A stretch of 64,000 nt of DNA from Vulcanimicrobiota bacterium (lineage in GTDB: Bacteria; Vulcanimicrobiota; Vulcanimicrobiia; Vulcanimicrobiales; Vulcanimicrobiaceae): contig CAVTCS010000003.1 of the NCBI GenBank assembly GCA_963733295.1, positions 320,001 through 384,000 of the forward strand, written 5' to 3'. A program made the position numbers and the translations under genes. Positions 57,597 through 64,000 of this stretch are shown piece by piece (position 1 is the stretch's first letter; each line of letters begins with the position of its first letter). The notes beneath the pieces are model-generated. The model was given only the letters and a program-made list of their open reading frames with translations. It ran no database searches and was not told the DNA's origin.

Positions 57597-57812
57597 ATGT
57601 ACATGCCGTGGTCCCCGGAATTGCCCGATCTCCATGCGCGAGGTTGGCGCCCGCTGCAACGCGTCCATCCGGCCCGGCCTCCGCACTCGCCGTCTGAGCC
57701 GGACCCGGACTCCCCGGGCGATAATGCCTGGGAGAACGATTTGACCGACGAAGACGTTCCCGATCCCGCGGAGCGCGAGCCGGCAGCCCACGAGTTGCGT
57801 TTGGATCCTTGA
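57597..57812 (+). CDS. Small Pro/Asp-rich hypothetical protein
   Basis: AAGGA SD; 71 aa; no recognisable motif. Confidence 0.4.
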   Translation: MYMPWSPELPDLHARGWRPLQRVHPARPPHSPSEPDPDSPGDNAWENDLTDEDVPDPAEREPAAHELRLDP

Positions 57813-57833
57813 CGAGCTCGCGACTGGGGCGGC

Positions 57834-57859
57834 GTTTTTCACGCCGTTCGCGAGGGTAA
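57834..57859 (+). promoter_or_regulatory. SigB/SigF-like promoter
   Basis: GTTT-N16-GGGTAA. Confidence 0.55.
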
Positions 57860-57895
57860 GAAGCGCATACTCAGCGACAGGAGGGTATGCGGAGC

Positions 57896-58177
57896 ATGGC
57901 TGCATCGCGCAAGAAGTCGACCGGCACGCGCAAGAAATCGAAAGCTCCACGGAAGAAGGCGACCGGTACGCGGAAGAAGTCAGGTACGCGCAAGTACAGC
58001 CCTGCCGCAAGCTCGCAGGTCGGCGAAGAGCTGCACGAGATGAAGCGAGGCAAGCTCAAGTCGGGTCGCTCGGGCAAAAAAGTCACGAACCGGAAGCAAG
58101 CGATCGCGATCGGAATCTCCGAAGCGCGGCGCAGCGGTGAGAAAGTCCCGCCGAACCCGAATCGGAAGAGCGACTGA
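57896..58177 (+). CDS. DUF6496-type basic protein with RKK repeats
   Basis: HEMKRGKLKSGRSGKKVTNRKQAIAIGISEAR; N-terminal RKK repeated four times. Start is 57887 or 57896. Confidence 0.85.
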   Translation: MAASRKKSTGTRKKSKAPRKKATGTRKKSGTRKYSPAASSQVGEELHEMKRGKLKSGRSGKKVTNRKQAIAIGISEARRSGEKVPPNPNRKSD

Positions 58178-59295
58178 GGCCGAAGAACGGCCGAATCGCT
58201 GCCTCGAGTCCGGAGGCCGCTGCCGCGGCCGCCGGCCTCCGCTACGTCAGCGATACGAGTCCCGGCATCCGGCGCCGGAAGCGCGGCAAGACGTTTGCAT
58301 ACGTCGACTCGCAAGGACGGCCGCTGCGCGACGCCGCCGAACTCTCCCGCATCCGGTCGCTGGCGATTCCGCCGGCATACGTTGACGTTTGGATCTGCTC
58401 GTCGCCCGACGGGCACATCCAAGCCACCGGTCGCGATGCGCGCGGTCGGAAACAATATCGTTACCACAAGCGCTGGGCCGAGGTGCGCGGCGAAACGAAA
58501 TTCGAACGGATGCTCGAATTTGCCGAGAGCTTGCCGCGAATCAGGTCCTGCGTCGAGCGAGATCTCGCTTTGCCCGGGCTGCCCCAAAAGAAGGTGCTGG
58601 CAACTGCGGTCAAGCTGCTCGAAACGACTTCGATTCGCATCGGTAACGAGGAATATGCGCGTTCGAACGATTCGTTCGGCATCACCACCCTGCGCGAAGA
58701 GCACGTCATCGTTCGCGGGCCGAACGTGCGCTTTCGCTTTCGCGGAAAGAGCGGAAAGGAACATTCCATTGCGTTAAACGATCGCCGGCTGGCCCGAACC
58801 GTGCAACGCATGCAAGACCTGCCGGGGCAAGAGCTATTTTCGTACGTCGACGACGAAGGCGAACCGCGCTCGATCGCTTCGGGCGACGTGAACGGCTACA
58901 TCCGCGAAGCCGCCGAGGGCGATTTCACCGCAAAAGATTTTCGAACGTGGATCGGCACGGTCGGCTGCGCCGAGGCATTGCTCGCGGCGGGAACCGGCCG
59001 GCCCAAAGAGCGGAAGACTAACGTGGGCCTTGCGCTCGAGCTCGTGTCACGGCGCCTCGGCAATACGGCGTCGGTCTGCCGGAAAGCTTACGTGCATCCG
59101 CAGGTGATCGAGTCGTATCTCGACGGCGCTTTCGTGAATTCGAGGAAACGCGCTGCCCGCAAAGCCGAAGACGTCGAAGCGTTCGTCATCGAGTTCTTGC
59201 ATCGAATTCGCCGGCCGCGGCCCGCGCTCGAGCGCGAGCTACGCCGCTCGGTACGGCGCGCTCGCGCATCGGCGCGATCGAAGCAGGCTGCCTAG
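58174..59295 (+). CDS. DNA topoisomerase IB (bacterial, poxvirus-like)
   Basis: GLRYVSD..PGIRR, IPPAY..VWI, GRKQYRYH (upstream of the ORF-track start); RIGN, F.GKSG, AKDFRTW, LGNT..VCRKAYVHP. Probable CTG start. Confidence 0.92.
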   Translation: MRPKNGRIAASSPEAAAAAAGLRYVSDTSPGIRRRKRGKTFAYVDSQGRPLRDAAELSRIRSLAIPPAYVDVWICSSPDGHIQATGRDARGRKQYRYHKRWAEVRGETKFERMLEFAESLPRIRSCVERDLALPGLPQKKVLATAVKLLETTSIRIGNEEYARSNDSFGITTLREEHVIVRGPNVRFRFRGKSGKEHSIALNDRRLARTVQRMQDLPGQELFSYVDDEGEPRSIASGDVNGYIREAAEGDFTAKDFRTWIGTVGCAEALLAAGTGRPKERKTNVGLALELVSRRLGNTASVCRKAYVHPQVIESYLDGAFVNSRKRAARKAEDVEAFVIEFLHRIRRPRPALERELRRSVRRARASARSKQAA

Positions 59296-59972
59296 ACTTG
59301 GCGGGTCGGGACGTCGCCGCCACGCGGGAGCTCGCCCGTCCGGTACTCGGTGCGGTCAAGACCGTCCAGGTAGTCGGCGCGACCGGCGTCGCGGGTAGCG
59401 TAGTCGGCGCGTCTGACGTCGCGTCCGGGATCGCCCCCGCGATCTCTCAGTTCCGCGAGATTTTCGGCGCCGGCGTAGTCGCGATCGTTTAAAATGCGCC
59501 GCGCGACCGGCTCGTCGCCCGGACGAGCGTTGACGCCGACGAGGATGCCGCCGCGCTCGAGTTCGCTCTCGTATTCGTTCGCGCGGCTCTCCGGGACGCC
59601 GGCGGCGGTCAGCGCCCCGATGATCCCGCCGGCAAGTCCCCCGGCTCCGGCGCCGGCCAGAATTGCGGCAATCGGCCCGGCGACGATCGGAGCGGCCATG
59701 CCTCCCGTGGCGACGATGGCGCCCGTCGCGGTCACGCCGGCGATAATCGCTCCCAGCGTTCCCCCAAAACTCGCGCCGACGCCGACGTTCGCTGCGACGT
59801 GCACGTCCTCGGCGCCGGTCCGCTCGGCATCGCCGCGAAAATCGCGCTCGCGGGTACTACCGGTCATGACGACGCTGATGTCGTTCTGAGCGTAGCCGAG
59901 GTCCTCGAGCGCGTCGATCGCTCGTTCCGCCTCCTCGCGGTCAGGGAAGAGTCCGCTGATAAGTGTCGCCAT
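59292..59972 (-). CDS. General stress protein (YflT-like) with Gly-zipper TM region
   Basis: GLF.DREEAERAIDAL..GY...DISV; GGLAGGIIGAL..GVPE..A..YE..L..GGILV; GGAGG SD. Confidence 0.82.
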   Translation of the reverse strand: MATLISGLFPDREEAERAIDALEDLGYAQNDISVVMTGSTRERDFRGDAERTGAEDVHVAANVGVGASFGGTLGAIIAGVTATGAIVATGGMAAPIVAGPIAAILAGAGAGGLAGGIIGALTAAGVPESRANEYESELERGGILVGVNARPGDEPVARRILNDRDYAGAENLAELRDRGGDPGRDVRRADYATRDAGRADYLDGLDRTEYRTGELPRGGDVPTRQV

Positions 59973-60007
59973 TGTGCCTCCGAAGATCGGCGCGTGTCCT
60001 CAGACCT

Positions 60008-60035
60008 CTACCCGGTGCACCGCGCACCAGAAACC
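60008..60035 (-). promoter_or_regulatory. SigB/SigF-like promoter
   Basis: GGTTT-N17-GGGTAG. Confidence 0.6.
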
Positions 60036-60291
60036 CAGTTGCTCAGCGCACTGGCGACCGGCCAAGGCAAGAGCCGTCGTCACGATCCCGCGGCGGGATA
60101 GGGATTTCGCCTGGAGGTGCCAATAGACAGTCGGGCGGTTCTCGATCGTCGGCGGCTTCACGGCATGGTGAAGAGGGTGCCGGCTTTGAATCATCCGGTG
60201 CCGGCGTTCGCGCAGCGTCTTTTTGCGTGCGAACGCGCCCCGGGCCGGTGAGAGCGCCACATCGCGCCTGAGTGATCGACAGGGTCAAACG

Positions 60292-62088
60292 TTGAACTTC
60301 AGTACCCTCCGCCTGCGCCCATATCAATTGGAGGCGCAAGAGGCGATTGTCGAAGCGCGAAAGCGCGGTTTTCGCGCGCAACTCGTGTCGCTCGCCACTG
60401 GGCTCGGCAAGTCGGTCGTCATTGCGACGTTACCGGAATTACTCGAGCTTCGATCGGGAGATGTGACCCTCGTCGTTGCACACCGCGACGAGCTGATCCA
60501 GCAGCTCGTCGAAAAGATGACCGCCCAGAATCCGGGCGCGAAGGTCGGCGTCGAGAAGGCCGAAGAGAGCGCCCCGGGCGACTCGACGATAGTCGTAGCC
60601 ACGGTGCAAACGCTGACCGGGCCGCGTTTGACCCGGTTTGCGACGAAGTTCGGCCGCCGCATCGCGCTCTTCGTGATCGACGAAGCGCACCACGCGGCGG
60701 CGCCGACGTACCGCGCGATCCTCGATAAGATTTTGCTCAAGCGCCCCGACGCGCTGGTGATCGGCTTCACCGCCACGCCGCATCGCGGCGACGGCGTCCG
60801 GCTCAGCGAGATCTTCCCCGACATGGTCTACTCGATGGACGCGCGCTTGGCGATCGGCGCAGGCTACCTCGTTCCGGTGCGATCCTACGCCATTGCGACC
60901 GAGACGAATCTCGACGAGGTGTCTTCGCGCGGCGGTGACTTCGTGCTCGGACAGTTAGCCGACGCGGTCGATACGGACGAACGCAATCGCAAAGTCGTCG
61001 AGGCCTATCTGAACCTCACTCCGGGGAAGAAGACGTTAGTTTTCACCGCCTCGGTCGAACACGCGCGTAACGTCGCCCAGCTGTTCGTCGAGTCGGGCGT
61101 CCGGGCCGCGTTCGCGAGCGGGGAGACGCCGCAAGCGGAACGCGAGAAGATCGTCGCGGGCTTCCGGGGCAGCGGCATTGACGTTCTCGTCAACTGCGGC
61201 CTCTATCTCGAGGGCTTCGACGTTCCTTCGATTCAGGTCATCGTAAACGCGCGCCCGACGAAATCGACCACCCTCTACACCCAGGTCACCGGGCGCGGCT
61301 TACGGCCTCTCGACGAGTACGCGTACATCCTCTCGCAGTTGCCGAGTGCCGACGCTCGTCGTCAAGTCATCGCGATGAGCGAGAAGCCGTACGCGATCAT
61401 CGTCGACATCGTGGACCAGGCGCGCCGTCACCAGCTGGTGACGCTCCCCACGCTCTGGGGGTTGCCCGCACAGATCGACGCGCAGGGTCGCCCCATCTCC
61501 GAAGTCGCCGAACGGTACGAGGAGGTGGTGCGCCGCGCGCCCCGCTTGGCCGCACGCGTGCGGACCGCCGAAGCGATCGAGACGGCCTTGATCGAACTCG
61601 ACGAGAGCGCGAAACCCAAGGCTAACCACGTTGCAACCTGGCAGCAGATAACGCCCGAGCACTGGCGGCTGGAACGCGCTCCACAGCGCGTCGCGCGCGA
61701 CCGGAAGGGCCGTCCGGTGCCGCACTTCGAGGAGCAGTTCACGCGCCTGATCGCGATGGCTAAGAGCATTGCGCCGCACGAAGACGCCGAAGGTTTCGCG
61801 CTCCGTTTACTCGACGTCGACCGTCGTGCGGTGACACAAGAAGCGGCGCAAATCGACGTGACCCGGCGAGGCGACGCCTATGTCGCGACGCTGCGCAACG
61901 GAAGGCTTCCGGCGCGGGACATCGGAACCGCGCCGACGCTCGCCGAAGCGATCGCCGCGGCGCAGACGCGCTTGCAGAACGGCGACTTGCCACAGGCCGC
62001 TGCGCGCCACACGAACGGCCGGCGCAAGAACGGCGGCGTGCGCCGTTTCCGCGGACGTCGCAAACGGACGACGCCGCCGGCCGCCTAA
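60292..62088 (+). CDS. SF2 DEAH-box helicase (Irc3/ResIII-like)
   Basis: LRPYQ, ATGLGKS, DEAHH, TATP, EGFDVP, QVTGRGLR; basic C-terminal tail. Confidence 0.9.
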   Translation: MNFSTLRLRPYQLEAQEAIVEARKRGFRAQLVSLATGLGKSVVIATLPELLELRSGDVTLVVAHRDELIQQLVEKMTAQNPGAKVGVEKAEESAPGDSTIVVATVQTLTGPRLTRFATKFGRRIALFVIDEAHHAAAPTYRAILDKILLKRPDALVIGFTATPHRGDGVRLSEIFPDMVYSMDARLAIGAGYLVPVRSYAIATETNLDEVSSRGGDFVLGQLADAVDTDERNRKVVEAYLNLTPGKKTLVFTASVEHARNVAQLFVESGVRAAFASGETPQAEREKIVAGFRGSGIDVLVNCGLYLEGFDVPSIQVIVNARPTKSTTLYTQVTGRGLRPLDEYAYILSQLPSADARRQVIAMSEKPYAIIVDIVDQARRHQLVTLPTLWGLPAQIDAQGRPISEVAERYEEVVRRAPRLAARVRTAEAIETALIELDESAKPKANHVATWQQITPEHWRLERAPQRVARDRKGRPVPHFEEQFTRLIAMAKSIAPHEDAEGFALRLLDVDRRAVTQEAAQIDVTRRGDAYVATLRNGRLPARDIGTAPTLAEAIAAAQTRLQNGDLPQAAARHTNGRRKNGGVRRFRGRRKRTTPPAA

Positions 62089-62113
62089 AGTTCGCGCAGC
62101 GCCCCGCGCCGAA

Positions 62114-62605
62114 TCAGCGGTGACAGGCGATGCCGTTCTTTTCGAAGTAGCGCTGGTGGTAGTCCTCGGCTCGGTAGAAGGTTTGAGCCGGAACGACTTG
62201 CGTGACGATCGGACGTTTGAACGTGCCGGCGTCGCTCAGACGTCGAATCGCCGCTTCGGCGGCAGCTCGTTGTTCGGCGCTGTGAAAGAACACGACCGAA
62301 CGATATTGCGAGCCGACGTCGGGGCCTTGACGATTCGGCGTCGTCGGATCGTGAAGGGCGAAAAACTCGTCGAGCAAGCGCGCGTAGCTCACGCGACTAG
62401 GGTCGAAGCTAACTTCGACGACTTCGGCGTGCCCGGTACGATCGCTACAGACGTCGCGGTAGCTCGGGTTCTCGAGCGTCCCTCCCTCGTAACCGGAAAC
62501 CGCGTCGAGGACGCCCGGAATTTGGCGGAACGCCGCTTCGACGCCCCAAAAGCATCCGGCTCCAAAGGTGGCCTTTTCGATGGTCGTATCGCTAGTTTGT
62601 TGCAT
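62114..62605 (-). CDS. msrA: Peptide methionine sulfoxide reductase A
   Basis: GCFWGVE, GHAEVV, RQGPDVGSQYRS, AEDYHQRY. Confidence 0.95.
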   Translation of the reverse strand: MQQTSDTTIEKATFGAGCFWGVEAAFRQIPGVLDAVSGYEGGTLENPSYRDVCSDRTGHAEVVEVSFDPSRVSYARLLDEFFALHDPTTPNRQGPDVGSQYRSVVFFHSAEQRAAAEAAIRRLSDAGTFKRPIVTQVVPAQTFYRAEDYHQRYFEKNGIACHR

Positions 62606-62692
62606 GGCTTTCCTTATAACCGTCCTGTTTGCGGCGCGGCTGCAGCAACGCGAGCGGGGAACCTCCCCGGCGCGGCGTAGTATGCGGCTCTC

Positions 62693-64000
62693 GTGATCGT
62701 GCGCCGTCTTTCGCTCGCCTCGCTCGCTCTCTTCCTCGTTCTTGGAAGTGCGGCGGGCGCTCAAACCGCCGCCCAGGCTCTCAGCGCGGCCGCTGCCGCC
62801 TCGCCCGTTCCGCTCCCCTCGATGCCGCCCGCAGGCGCGACGACGGGTCCCGCCTTGCCTTCCGGAGCCGGCGTCCCGTTCGGGTTTGCGATGCCGGGTC
62901 AACCGCAACCGTACGCCGCCTTCGTCAAAAAAGCCGAGCGCCAGACCGGTTTGATCGACATCATCAAGAAGGACGACGAAACGTATCTCGACTTCGGCCC
63001 GAGCGAGCTCGACCGCGAGTTCATCGTCGCACCGGTGCTCGCCTCGGGCGTCGGCGGCGACGTCGATACGGTGGCGGGACGCGTCTTCTCTCCTTTTATC
63101 ATCGAGTTCAAACGCGTCGGCAAACGCGTCCTGTGGATCTCCAAGAATACGTACTTCGGCGAACCCGCCCCGAACTCGGCGGCCGCGGATTCGCTCGCCA
63201 TTTCCGCGGCGGACTCGGTCATCAATAGCACGCCGATCGTCGCCGAAGACGAAGCGACGAAGCGCGTGGTCGTTTCGGCTGCGTTCTTCCTGACGGATTT
63301 TGAGAACATCGGCCGTTCGCTCGGCGGTTCGTCGGCGCCGATTCTGTCGCTCTCGTTGACGCCCCGCGCCAGCTTCACCGTCGATGCGTCGCGCTCGTAC
63401 ATCGAGATGACCAAAGCGCTTCCCGAGAACGACGAGTTTCTCGCCAGCCTCGCCTTCGTCGGTCCGCCCTCCGGAGACATCCGCGGCGACTCGCGTGGGC
63501 TTCGGCTGCGAATGCACTACTCGATCGTGGCGCCGCCCGCCAAGAGCTCCTACGTTCCGCGTCTCGCCGACGACCGCGTCGGCTACTTCATCACCGCGCA
63601 AAAGCATTTCGATAACGATGCAGCGCCTTCGCCGTTCACCCGCTACATCGATCGCTGGAATTTCGCGCGCGGCCCGATCGTCTATTATTTAACCAATGAG
63701 ATCCCGCCGCAGTACAAGCCGGCAATCCGGGCGGCTTTGCTCGAATGGAACGCCGCTTTCGCGAAGGCCGGAATTCCAAACGCGATCGAGGTTCGCGATC
63801 AGCCGAACGACCAGGGTTGGGACCCCGACGACGTGCGCTACTCGACCGTTCGCTGGATCACGAGCGACAAGCCGGCCTTCGCCGCGTACGGCCCGCACAT
63901 CGCCGATCCCCGTACCGGGGAGATCTTCCGCGTCGAGATCGTCATCGACGGCGAGGTGATGCGCGCAGTCAAGCGCGGGTTCGTCGATCAAGTCACGCCG
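62693..64000 (+). CDS. Secreted zinc metalloprotease, EcxA-like (DUF5117/DUF4953 type); runs off window end
   Basis: Not in ORF track (no stop). Signal peptide, PRLADDRVGYF, YIDRW, EWNAAFAKAGI.NAI, DPDDVRYSTVRW, DPRTGEI. The HExxH motif would lie beyond the window. Confidence 0.85.
   Translation, partial: MIVRRLSLASLALFLVLGSAAGAQTAAQALSAAAAASPVPLPSMPPAGATTGPALPSGAGVPFGFAMPGQPQPYAAFVKKAERQTGLIDIIKKDDETYLDFGPSELDREFIVAPVLASGVGGDVDTVAGRVFSPFIIEFKRVGKRVLWISKNTYFGEPAPNSAAADSLAISAADSVINSTPIVAEDEATKRVVVSAAFFLTDFENIGRSLGGSSAPILSLSLTPRASFTVDASRSYIEMTKALPENDEFLASLAFVGPPSGDIRGDSRGLRLRMHYSIVAPPAKSSYVPRLADDRVGYFITAQKHFDNDAAPSPFTRYIDRWNFARGPIVYYLTNEIPPQYKPAIRAALLEWNAAFAKAGIPNAIEVRDQPNDQGWDPDDVRYSTVRWITSDKPAFAAYGPHIADPRTGEIFRVEIVIDGEVMRAVKRGFVDQVTP

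Noticed and set aside
58174..62088. TopIB plus helicase as a phage-defence or mobile-element module
   Set aside because: They are separated by an opposite-strand stress gene, and there is no nuclease, methylase or mobility gene; context indicates a general stress cluster.
62114..63607. 497-aa ORF suggesting an MsrA fusion
   Set aside because: The extension is the antisense shadow of the metalloprotease gene; msrA starts at 62605.

Overview
GC-rich bacterial chromosomal window with about 60 densely packed CDSs and one tRNA-Thr(CGT). No rRNA, CRISPR array, transposase, integrase or phage genes were recognised. The cell is diderm (RND outer-membrane factor, beta-barrel protein) and also has a SigB/SigF-type anti-sigma/anti-anti-sigma pair. 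Together with the Thr/Pro-stalked lipoproteins this is compatible with Vulcanimicrobiota/Eremiobacterota (inference only). Recognisable content: osmC, ppa, cfa-like methyltransferase, an FAD/Fe-S oxidoreductase, a molybdate/tungstate ABC operon, cysteine synthase, an ECF sigma-ogt pair, an RND pump, tal-pgi-gnd, glf, topoisomerase IB, an SF2 helicase and msrA. The most unusual signal is a two-gene secreted module present twice (32177-33657 minus, 49625-51171 plus). In each copy a small disulfide-type beta protein is translationally coupled (ATGA overlap) to a secreted protein with a conserved aromatic/Cys domain and a swappable low-complexity G/N/Y/S repeat region, and each copy sits behind a structured leader. 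Other signals: a set of SigB/SigF-like promoters, probable non-canonical (CTG/ATC) starts, an unannotated 26-aa membrane sORF, and two or three single-base frameshifts that may be assembly errors. All family names come from motif recognition, not database searches.
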